Shown here piece by piece: positions 25,517 through 37,076 of a stretch of DNA of 64,000 nucleotides. The stretch is taken from the NCBI GenBank assembly GCA_951406725.2, contig OX597817.1:159960001-160024000 (forward strand). Direction: 5' to 3'. The translations under genes were made by a program, and so were the position numbers. Under the pieces are notes generated by a model that ran no database searches, had not been told where the DNA came from, and saw only the letters and a list, made by a program, of their open reading frames with translations. This DNA is from Octopus vulgaris (lineage: Eukaryota). The number at the start of each line of letters is the position of its first letter. Positions within the stretch are counted from its first letter, which is position 1.

Positions 25517-27950
25517 CTATCATTAATTTTTTTATTTAAGAAAATGCTGACATAATAATGCTTACAGTGGATTTGTCTAATGGCAAATTTTCTTATGCGG
25601 TGAAATTTCTTACAGTGAATTTTCTGGACATAGGATTATAACCCCTTCAAACCCTATCCATTATTCATAATTTTATTATTTATAATAAATGTAGTCAGGG
25701 CTGTATTTCTTTTATTCTTTTACTCATTTCAGCCATGCGGCTGCAGTCATGCTGGAACACCTCTGTGCTCTGTTTAATCCTATTGATACCGACTCACTTG
25801 AGACTGTCCCCTGACTCTATGATATATACTTTCTGTTTCAAAGTGATCTAAATTAAATCCTACCATCAAAATTGCATGTTAATTCAAACACCAGCTTAAT
25901 AATCGATACAGTTACTTTTGTAAATTTTTCATAATATTCAAAAATTAATTGTAATAAAAACATGTATATTTCTTTAGAAATATAGTTGGAAAAAGTTTAA
26001 GAAGTTCACTTTGAAAGTCTGAGGTTTTGAGTTCAGTTTCACTGCATAACATTTCCATTTCAGCCTCAGGCTGACCTATTAGCATCTTGTGACCTTTGAG
26101 TGCCTTTAGCAGAATCCACTCTGTTCTGTTACAAAGCTGTAGGTCAGGTTTGTGGTCTGAGGATAGTTTCTTCTTCAGACCACTCATCTCTGAGGTTCTA
26201 CAAAGACCAAAGAAGCATCCCTTCCCTTTATGACTAAACCATGAAAAAAAATTTCTTTTTGTTAAAAAAACCCCTTCATTTTTCCTATACAGTAAAACCT
26301 TGTGTACAACTTTTCGTATTAGTTGAGCTGCAGAAGTTTTCAGAAAATGCCTTGTGGGTAGAACAACTCCTAATTTTCTATCCGCTCCTAATTTTCTATC
26401 GTTCAGGCTTTGCTTACATTTTGCTCTTAGTGGGCTCTCACAGAGCAGTGAGACTATTTGCCTATGTCTAGCAGTTTCATATTTGAAAACCATGATGTAT
26501 TCAACCAGCAGCTGGCCCTGAATGCCATACATATGAGGACTAAATAACCCATTGAAACCTCTGCCATATAACTTTATAGCTACAAGATTATTGTTGTTGT
26601 TCATCCTTATGTCAATCTTTTTTAAACAGTCACATGATCAAACGTGTTCTAGCCTTGACCATCCCATCATATTTTTTTTCAGGTGTAATGTATCTTGCAT
26701 TGTATGATCAAATGTGTTCTTCCTTTTTAAAGATGACAAGGCAGGATTTGAAGGTAATTACAGTCATGTTTAGCAAGTTGAACAACCACATTAAAAGCTT
26801 CATTATTGGTTTGTACAGGTACTCAGCTAATGCATATCATAATGAACTGTGATATATGAAGAAGCTGTGTACTGATGGAAGGGACTCATGCACTTGATTG
26901 ACCTCTTCAATAAAGGTGCAAACAGCACTACTACTAAACTAGTGGTGATACCTGACTAATGACTGACGGATGAAGGCAGAAGGTGAAAAGCATGCAGCCA
27001 CAAGCTGGCCTCATCACAAAAGATTCATCTCATAATCGGTAGCTGATTGTCGGTGTGTATAAATCAGAGAAATCCTGCTGCACTAAGGAACCCTCTCCAC
27101 ACCCGGCTGCCGCCCACACCAACCAACTAACTGACCAGCTGAAATATTCGCACTCATGTAAACCCATAACCCATCCTACCTTGGTGAGGCAGCTGTAGTC
27201 AACTTATGATGAGTTACTGCCCCACCCCTGCACGACCATACAGCCACTTAATGTGTGCACTCACACTATAATCAATAACATGCGACATGATTGGCTGCTG
27301 TGCAACTGCTGCAGTATGAAACTGCAGCAGCTGTTGGAGAGATGTTGCTTTCTGATGAAGCTTTCATTGGCTCTTCTGGCTTAATAGCCATCACATCCGG
27401 GTATGGTTCAATTAGCTGGTGGGGGTTATGGATGCTGTATGGTAGTGCTGGAGCTTGCGGTAGGGATGGTGAGTAGTAGTGGCAGTGGTAGCGGCAATGG
27501 TGGCAGCACTTGACAGTGGCAGCGGCGGCGGCGTTGATGGTAACTATGATGGTGGTAGCGGAGGTGGCGGCGGTGGTGGTGGTGGTGGTGTTGGTGTTGG
27601 TGGTGGCAGTCATTGGAGAGGTGGTTAGGTGTAGTTAAAGGGGGTTAGAATAATACAGGAAGAAGGGTGAGTGCAGTGAAAAGTGTGAGTCAGAGAACAT
27701 CCAGCTAGCAGGCTCCTGCATGCATATATGTATATATATATGTATGTGTGCGTGTGTTTGTATGTGTATGTTTATGTGCATGTGTATGTGCTGTGGATGT
27801 TTAACAGTGTGTGAAGGAAAGTGGTATGGGGTGGGGTGAGGTGGGGGGGGGGGCGAGCAATATTTCAGGAAACTTCCAGCAGTGAAAGAAAACTAAAGAT
27901 AAAACAATTTAACTGAAGGTATCAATGTAATTATAAAAGAAAAGAACAAT

Positions 27951-27984
<34 letters not shown>

Positions 27985-28023
27985 ATTTATTTATATGGGT
28001 GTGTGCATGTGTGTGTGTGTGCA

Positions 28024-28079
<56 letters not shown>

Positions 28080-29314
28080 CTCTCTCACACACATAAGTGG
28101 AACAAGGAACAAAATGAGAAACTCTAAATAGCAACCGATGCACACTGACTCTCAGATAAACCATTTACATCCTACTTGAAAGTATTGAGTCCTTTTTGTG
28201 CCATCTACACCGGTGCAAATCCATTATCATCTGTGCATATGTGTGTGTGTGTATGCAAGTGTGTATGGTATGTGTGTGTATGGTGTGTGCGTGTGTTGGC
28301 ATGGCTGTGTAGTTGTTAAGAACTTTATTTTCCAGCCACGTGATTCTTACTTCACTCCACTTCACAATATCACAGGCAAATCTCTCACTATAACTCCAGG
28401 CAGATTAAAAGCCTTGTGATTAAATTGTGCCAGTGGAAACAGTTGCAGGATTGATTAGAATCTAGGTATTTCAACGTGTATGATGTCAGGAATGGTTAGG
28501 TGCCATTCTTTTGCTGGCTGTATGCTGCAAATATGCACCTCAACCCAGATAAGAGTGCATGTAGATAAATGTATACATACATACATACATACATACATAC
28601 ATACATACATACATACATACATACATACAAACATACATACATATATATATATATATATCATCATCATCATTATCCTCATCCTTTAACATCCGCTTTCCAT
28701 AAGGTTTGGAGGTGATGTTGAGGTATTATATATTAGAAGAAATAAGGTACTCAGAAATCTGGATGGTTTTATATTTACAGATATTTATTAATATATCACA
28801 TGTTTTTATAAATCACATATTAGAGCTTGCATATTTCTGTGTATCTTATTTTTTCTAATATATATATATATATATATGCATATGTACCCAATCCAATATA
28901 AACTATAGATCCAACTGCAGAATGGTTCCAAGTATAGCATATGTATAAAAAATGAACACACCTGGATTTTAAACTTCGCTTGTGTTTTTAAATTATATAT
29001 ATATATCATCATCATCATCATCATCATTATCATAAGCATCTGCTTTCCATGCTGGAATTGGTTAGGTGCTGCACCAGGTTCCAGTCAGATTTGGCTTAGT
29101 ATCTATGGCTGGATACCTTTCTCAATACCAGCCACTCCAAGAGTGTAATGGGTATTTTATACATACCACCAGCACGGGTGCCTTTACATGTCACTGGGAC
29201 GAGTGCCGGTTACGTGACACTGGCATCAGCCATAACTGCGATTTCACTTGGCTTGACAAGTCTTCTAAAGCACTGCATATCGCCAAAGGTCTCAATCACT
29301 TGTCATTGGCTCCG

Positions 29315-29348
<34 letters not shown>

Positions 29349-29354
<6 letters not shown>

Positions 29355-29990
29355 ATCGCCATATTAATATGACATTCTTATATATATAAGAATAATCACT
29401 GCCATGGTCAGCTCCATGAGGCCACTGCCATCAAGATAGCTATTCATACACGATCTGTATCCATTATAACCTTCGAACAAGGGAGGTCAGCCGCTTCACA
29501 CTGCCAGTCCGACAGCTACAGACGTGTTTCGGGGTATTGCCCCTTGTCAATGTAGCACAGTCAGACCCGCAGGTGTCGCCACTGACGTCTCTGTTCAAAG
29601 GCTTATATTTACCTAGTTTCAGTGGAATACATCCACTTGTTTTCAATAATAGAAATATTAAAATTACTAAGTCTCTATAAAAGAGATTATGGCAGCGTTT
29701 ACTGGAAATTAATTGTTATCGCCATATTAATATGGCATTCTTATAGATATAAGAATAATCGCTGCCATGGTCAGCTCCATGAGGCCACCGCCTTGTTCGA
29801 AGGTTATAATGGATACAGATCGTGTATCAATAGCTATCTTGATGGCAGTGGCCTCATGGAGCTGACCATGGCAGCGATTATTCTTATATCTATAAGAATG
29901 CCATATTAATATGGCGATAACAATTAATTTCCAGTAAACGCTGCCATAATCTCTTTTATAGAGACTTAGTAATTTTAATACTTCTATTAT
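29349..29990 (-). mobile_element. Penelope-like element terminus: partial tandem plus inverted pseudo-LTR
   Basis: Direct repeat (29349-29430 vs 29712-29790), then an inverted copy at 29791-29990. Contains a hammerhead motif and is flanked by (TA)n. Confidence 0.8.
29515..29556 (-). ncRNA. Minimal type-I hammerhead ribozyme motif, variant core (U3-A8)
   Basis: Minus strand reads GCUACA-UUGACAA-GGGG CAAUA CCCC-GAAAC AC GUC-UGUAGC: 6-bp stem I, 4-bp stem II, GUC triplet. Confidence 0.7.
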
Positions 29991-30000
29991 ATATATATAT

Positions 30001-30526
30001 TGATAAAACGGTAAGATAACAAAAGAAAGAAAGAGACCTCAATATTATGTAAATAGAGGAAATTTATCTATACAATAATATGTTACATTACTCGGTAGTC
30101 AAGATAAAACTTTGAGTTTCAGATGCCGAAGTGGAAATCCACAACACCATCTCTTCGGTTATTTGGCTATTTGAAAACGCTATGAAAAAATACCGTTAAA
30201 TAAAGGGAAATTACTGTGTTATAACTCTGCTTGCCTGCGTACTTATACATCACTCGCATTTTTCGTCATAAAAATTATATAAAAATACATAAAAAATATA
30301 TAAAAATATATAAATTCTTCTTGGGACATAACATAGAAAGCATGTTCTATCTGTTTTCTTTAGGGGACCAAAAACGTAACAGAAATTTAGTCACATGTGG
30401 GCATGATCCGAAAAGCTCTGTCCTTGTATTTAGACATGTAGTAGGGTCTAAGCTGCTTTTCCAGATAAGCCATCTCTCCATGTCGCATAGACTGCACCTT
30501 CCGCTGCCGTTGGTATAGGGCTTACA
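30001..30526 (-). mobile_element. Penelope-like retroelement 3' remnant (GIY-YIG C-terminus plus 3'UTR)
   Basis: 30526-30347 translates CKPYTNGSGRCSLCDMERWLIWKSSLDPTTCLNTRTELFGSCPHVTKFLLRFWSPKENR*, matching the PLE C-terminal pattern KPY..CxLC..E..LNxRxEL..CxH. It ends in (TA)n. Confidence 0.8.
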
Positions 30527-30540
30527 TCATATAATATATA

Positions 30541-30928
30541 GGTGCAGGAGTGGCTGGGTGGTAAGTGCCTTACTTACCAGCCACATGGTTCTGGGTTCAG
30601 TCCCACTGTGTGGCACGTTGGGCAAGTGTCTTCTACTATAGCTTTGGGCTAACCAAAACCTTGAACTAAAACTAAAAGAAGCCCATCATATATATGTGTG
30701 TTTGTGTGTAAATTTGTGTGTCTGTGTTTGTCTCCCCACCATCACTTGACAACCAATGTTGGTGTGTTTACGTACCTGTAACTTAGCAGTTCACCAAAAG
30801 TTACTGATAGAATAAGTACTAGGCTTACAAAGAATAAGTCCTGGGGTCGATTTGTTCGACTAAAGGCGGTGCTCCAGCATGGCCACAGTCAAATGACTGA
30901 AACATAAAAAAGTAAAAAGAATAAAAGA
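30541..30928 (+). mobile_element. SINE family A
   Basis: ggtgcaggagtggctgggtggtaag...gactgaaacat. Confidence 0.88.
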
Positions 30929-31169
30929 ATATATATCTGTGTGTATGTATATATCTGTGTGTGTGTATGTGTGTGTGTGCATGTATATATAAATGTGTGT
31001 GTATGTATTTACATGGTTACACATGCACACATATATTTGTATATATAGGAAAATTTTTCAATGAAAGATAAGAGACCTGACATCCAAACAAGACTCCACA
31101 CAAAAGAAATATAACTGTGGAGTATCCGCACACTTAATTTAACAGGATGCAGTTAAATTTGTTCAACAA

Positions 31170-31371
31170 TTTATTCTTTTATTAGTTTCAGTCATTTGAT
31201 TGCGGCCATGCTGGAGCACTGTCTTCAGTTGAACAAAATGGCCCCAGGACTTATTCTTTGTAAGCCTAGTACTTATTCTATTGGTCTCTTTTGCCAAACT
31301 GCTAAGTTTCAGGGATGTAAACATACCAGCATTGCTTGTCAAGCAGAGACACACAAATATATACATACATG

Positions 31372-31444
<73 letters not shown>

Positions 31445-31935
31445 CATCATCATCATCATCGTCATTTAGCGTCCGCTTTCCATGCTAGCATGGGTTGGAC
31501 GGTTCAACCGGAGTCTGGGAAGCCAGAAGGCTGCACCAGGCCCAGTCTGATCTGGCAATGTTTCTACGGCTGGATGCCCTTCCTAACACCAACCACTCTG
31601 TGAGTGTAGTGGGTGCTTTTTATGTGCCACCGGCACATGTGCCAGACGAGGCTGGCAAACAGCCACAATTGGATGGTGCTTTTTACGTGCCACCGGCATG
31701 AGGCCAGTCGGGGCGGCGCTGGCAACAGCCATATATATATATATATATATCATATATATATATAAATATACGACAGGCTTCTTTCAGTTTCTGTCTACCA
31801 AATCCACTCACAAGGCTTTGGTCAGCCTGAAACTACAGTAGAAGATACTTGCCCAAGTTACCACACACTGAGACCGAATCTGGAACCATGTGGTTGGGAA
31901 GCAAGCTTCTAACCACACAGCCACACCTGTGCCTT
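31170..31935 (-). mobile_element. SINE family A with a family D element (31443-31730) in its central microsatellite
   Basis: The two halves of family A flank (TA)n plus a (CAT)n-led family D copy. Confidence 0.85.
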
Positions 31936-31955
31936 TATATATGATATATGTTATT

Positions 31956-31992
<37 letters not shown>

Positions 31993-32106
31993 ATATAATA
32001 ATTCTAGGAATAAGCAAAAATTTCTGCTTTGGGCTTATAATTTGTAGCATTTGAAAGCATTAAATATACTTTGATGTAGAAAAGGTCATGTGGGTGATTC
32101 ACACAC

Positions 32107-32143
<37 letters not shown>

Positions 32144-32523
32144 AACGCACACATAAAATATATAATATAGATATGTACATATATATTCACAATATATATA
32201 AATATTACACACACACACACCTTTGGTTGTGTATTTAAGAAACTGATGTCCCCACCATATGGCTTCAGATTCAGTCCCACTTTGTGTTATGTTGAGTAAA
32301 TGTTTTCTGCTATAGCCTGGGTCTGACCAAAGCCGTTGAGTGAATTTGATTGACAGAAACTGTGTGGAAGCTCTGTATGTGTGTGTGTGTATAACGCAAA
32401 AAGCACCCGGGACACTGTAACGTAGTTGCAGCTAGAAAGGGCATCCAGTCTCAGAAGCCATGCTAAAGATGACATAAGATGACATTGGATTAACATTGAC
32501 TAGTTTCAGCTTGAAAACTGTGA

Positions 32524-32915
32524 TCATGCTGGGGCACCACCATTGGCTCTGCTACACCTTATTATTTGAAACCGCCTTTGATATGTGCCATTTGTTGAAT
32601 GAAGGAATTTGATGCTGCTGCCCTCGTCTGTGTTTCCTGCCACGAGGTGAGGCTCATCCCGAACCCTTGACAGAAGGTGATTCAGTTTAGTTTTGAAGAC
32701 ACCTACATCCACACTATGTAGGTCTCTCAAGAATTTTGGAAGGATACTGAAGAGCTGTGTTCCTTTGAAACCGAAGCTAATACAGTATCTGGCCCTGTAT
32801 TTTGATGGTGATGTTAAGATCCTTGGCATTATGCAGTGACACCCCAATCTGCTGTTTGTGTAACTGTCAATACCAAAGTTTCGTACAAGTCCTTCCAGGA
32901 TCTTCCAGACTGCAG
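32524..32915 (-). pseudogene. CR1-like LINE ORF2 C-terminal remnant
   Basis: VWKILEGLV.N...LG..C...GTQLFSILPKFLRDL...FKTKLNHLLSRVRDEP. Confidence 0.8.
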
Positions 32916-32917
32916 CC

Positions 32918-32948
<31 letters not shown>

Positions 32949-33196
32949 TGCATGTATTTATATATATTGTTGATGTTACAAGAACTTATAAACCTTAAAG
33001 AGAAAGTGGAATAATTCTTCTTTGGAAAAATTGCACAAAGCCATAAATAACAGCATATAAGTATTGGGTTGAAAGACTCCTTTTTCACACCAAAAAGTTT
33101 TTTCAATGTAATATTTGCATGCTGTTGTCTATGGCTTTGTGGGTACTTCAGAAGTCAATTCCAAAGAAGAACTGCATACATACATACACAAACACA

Positions 33197-33248
<52 letters not shown>

Positions 33249-33327
33249 TACATACATACATACATACATACATACATACATACATACATACATACATACA
33301 TACACACATGCATACATATATTACTAT

Positions 33328-33707
33328 GGCACTCTGTCATTACAATGACGAGGGTTCCCGTTGATCCGAATCAATGGAACAGCCTGCTCGGGAAATTAAC
33401 GTGCAAGTGGCTGAGCACTCCACACACACGTGTACTCTTAATGTAGTTCTTGGGGAGATTCAGCATGGCACAGAGTGTGACAAGGCTGACCTTTTGAAAT
33501 ACAGGTACGACAAAAACAGGAACAAAGAGTGAGAGGAAGTTGCGGTGATAGAGTACAGTAGGGTTCATCACCAGTCTTTGCCTGAGCCTCGAGGAGATTT
33601 AAGTGTTTTTGCTCAATAAACACTCACAACACCTGGTCTGGGAATCGAAACCACAATCTTATGATGGCAAGTCCACTGCCCTAACCACTGAGCCATTGCA
33701 CCTCCAC
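33328..33707 (-). mobile_element. SINE family B, diverged
   Basis: Reverse complement of family B, between (ATAC)n tracts. Confidence 0.85.
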
Positions 33708-34099
33708 TCATGCATACATACATACATACATACATACATACATACATACATACATAGATTTACATATTTGAAGTCAGAAATTGGAACTATGCATCACATA
33801 ATATGAATAAATTTTTTTTATATGCAGCAGATACAATTCCAAGATCTCCAAATATGGCGTGAAGATTAGTTTTACTCATCATCATAGAACTGTACAATTG
33901 TATAATATAATGTATGTGCACACACACACACATATATATGCATATATATGCATGTATATAATATGTCTGTGAAACATATATATTGTATATGTACCTGTGC
34001 ATGAAATTTTATGATGTAATGTGGAGTTAACTATGAAACAGCTATAACCATACTAAAATATTAAATTTTCTATTTCCTCCCACATCTCATTTCTTTATT

Positions 34100-34149
<50 letters not shown>

Positions 34150-34615
34150 GTCAATATTCAGGATATATTATTCCAGTGGTGTAAATTTAACATTGATTGA
34201 ACATGATATATGTAACATACAATAACAGAACATATGAACTAATTAATTCTATACATGTATTTATAATACCCCTTAAACATTATTATGTGTTTAACAATTA
34301 AACTAAAAATTGATGATTTTGACCCGGTTGGATCTCATGCAGTTTTTGTGCAGTCAAAGTGATTGCATGATGTCTTAGGGTGTTTCTATATCAGTTGTTA
34401 TTCTCACAAAATCCCTCATTTAATACATATATTCTAGTAACTGCCCTTGAGTACAGATTATATGTCTGTATCTATATCTACCTATATTTATCTGTATGTC
34501 AATCTCTCTTTCTATATGTATAAGTACATACATACATACATACATACATACATACATACATACATACATACATACATACATACATAAGTATGTATGTGTA
34601 TGTATGTATGTGTGT

Positions 34616-34673
<58 letters not shown>

Positions 34674-34734
34674 AAATACATATACTAATGTATATACTTT
34701 GTGTATTTTCTTTATATGTATATATATATATATA

Positions 34735-34998
34735 ATATAATATTAATTAGAGACAAAACCACTATTTTGCAAAACAAACAAGGAAAGACTTAATCAATAC
34801 ATAAAATTTTATTTTTTTACTTTTTATTAAAATTTTATTAAAATTTTATGTATTGATTAAGTTTTTCCTTGTTTGTTTTGCAAAATAGTGGTTTTGTCTC
34901 TAATTAATATTATATAATATTTTACTATAAAATTGGATTTAATCCTAAATCTGATTTTTCCCTGTAAATTTGGATTTATTCCCTAATATTTATTATTA
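34735..34998. mobile_element. (TA)n-flanked fold-back element, same family as 20945-21286, opposite orientation
   Basis: Arms 34735-34811 and 34839-34915 (one mismatch seen). Tail 34916-34998 is the reverse complement of about 20945-21030. Confidence 0.8.
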
Positions 34999-35439
34999 TA
35001 TATATATATATATATATATATATCTGTATATATCCCATGCAGATTGGAAAGCCTCAGTCAAACTGTCCAACCCATGACTGAGGATGGTAAGCCAGGAGGC
35101 TGTAGCAGGCTCCAATCTTATCTGGCAAGGTTTCTACAGCTGGATACCCTTCCTAATGCCAACCATTCCAAGAGTGTAGCAGGTGCTTTTTACATGCCTA
35201 TACATATACACAGACATACAAAATGCAAGTGTGTGTGTGTGTGTATGTATATACACACACCTTGCATGTGTGTGCATATACATAAATACATATTCTGTAT
35301 AACATATAATGTTACATTATATATATATTACATTATTTATTACATGTAGAAAGAAACTCTACCAGATCAGATTGGAGTCTGGTTCGCCAAATCTCAGTCA
35401 AACCAGCCAATCCATGCTAGCATGGAAAGCGGATGTTAA

Positions 35440-35483
<44 letters not shown>

Positions 35484-35916
35484 AATATTATATATAATAT
35501 ATATATTACATATATATTTTTTCTGATATATGGCTTTTTATTAACTGTGTATCTGCAACTCGGTTACAGAGTGTCTTACAAAGTCCACTACATTTAGAGT
35601 GTATATAGCAATTCTTTAATAGGTACATGAGTTAACAACCTTTTATGAAGCAATAAAATATGCTGAAACTAGTGAAGCAGATAATTTTTACTAGCTACGA
35701 AAAAAAAAGCATTAAAATAACTGGTTTAACACCAACATCAACTTTTCATTGCAAAGCTTAAAATATGTTTACTAAAAGCACATGTTGTAAATTTATATTG
35801 CATAACAGTTTATCCAAAATGCTGTGTGGTGCTTCTATTTATAATTTAATTCATTCATGTTGTCAGTATTGCACTGTTATGCATATTAGGACAGACCAGT
35901 TTAGTTCTATCTAAGA

Positions 35917-36672
35917 CAGCGCTTTCACTTGTGGTACACTTCTATTCTTTTGAAACTTTGGTGGCACACAAAACTAAAAATATAACTAAAGATATTTTGT
36001 TGTTGGCATCCTTTTTGTCTCGGGAGACAATGAAGTTGCGCATAAAATAATCTAATCTGGCTTTTACATTTCATGTTCTAATACATCTCCTGCTGTGGCT
36101 GTGTAGTCCTATCCTGGACAAACACTCCCTCTGGCAGGTGCCGTAAATGTAGTGAAGATTTTGCCTGGCTGGTTGTAATGTCACAGTTTCTTGTTGACAT
36201 CTTTTCTTGTCTTTCCATTTTTCCTCTCTCTCTCTCTCTGTCATTCCTTTGTGTTCCCTTGGCATCAAATGGCAGAATCATGTCCCCAACAAAGATGTCC
36301 TCAAGCAAACAGGAATACCAAGCATGTTTGCACTCCTCACACAAAGACGTATGAGATGGCTTGGACATGTTAGCCGTATGGAAGATGGCAGAATCCCCAA
36401 GGACATACTCTACGGAGAGCTTGCTAGGAACACTAGGTCTGTGGGAAGACTGTTCTTACGATACAAGGATGTGCAAAAGGGACATGAAGGCCTGCAACAT
36501 CAATATTAGCAACTGGGAAGCAGTTGCCAGCAACCGTGGAGATTGGCGACGTACCGTAAAAGAGGGAACTAAAAGTATAGAGATAAAAATTATATTCAGG
36601 TTACACTGTGGCACACCTAGCATCGTCTTGTGGCACACCAGTGTACCACAGCATACCGATTGCAGAGCACTG
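35917..36672. mobile_element. hAT-type MITE interrupted by an RTE insertion
   Basis: Ends cagcgcttt / agagcactg; flanking 8-mers atctaaga and atctaagc. Confidence 0.65.
35998..36575 (-). mobile_element. RTE-clade LINE 3' end with inverted 5' segment
   Basis: Plus strand from about 36258: LGIKWQNHVPNKDVL..RRMRWLGHVSRMEDGRIPKDILYGEL..WRRTVKEG. Minus strand 36260-35998: EEKWKDKKR..CQRECLSRIGLHSHSRRC* plus (CAA)n tail. Confidence 0.88.
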
Positions 36673-36850
36673 ATCTAAGCTATGCAATAAGTATCTATAA
36701 ATAACTCTTTTCCCTATGGTCATGAAGATGAAAAACTAAGGAGTATGGTTTAGTAATGTAGTCGTAACCCTCACCATTGACTCAGCAGACCATTTAAGAT
36801 TCAACAGCTTGAGGAAGTGAGGGCTGCGCCAGTAACTGCCTGGCACTCAT

Positions 36851-37076
36851 TTAACCCTTTAGAGGTCCGATTATTCTATCAAACGTAATGGTTATTGATT
36901 CACATTGATTTGAATTAATCATGCATTATCTCATATCATCAAGCTCTTGATGCTGTGATCATTTAATGTAGAATAACTTTGTAGGGTAGGTGTGAGAGCT
37001 TGGATCTGATCAGTTTGAACATAAAACAGATGGAATATTTTGACTGGATTGGCCAGTTTAAATACTAAAGGGCTAA
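36851..37076. mobile_element. TTAA-type (piggyBac-like) MITE
   Basis: ttaa-cccttta...taaaggg-ctaa; a related inverted copy lies at about 37600-37830. Confidence 0.65.

Noticed and set aside
30085-30162. Hammerhead-like motif on the minus strand (CCGAAGA...GAAACUC...GAGUA)
   Set aside because: Core U4 is changed, the stem II register is off by one and no stem I pairing is visible; at best a relic.
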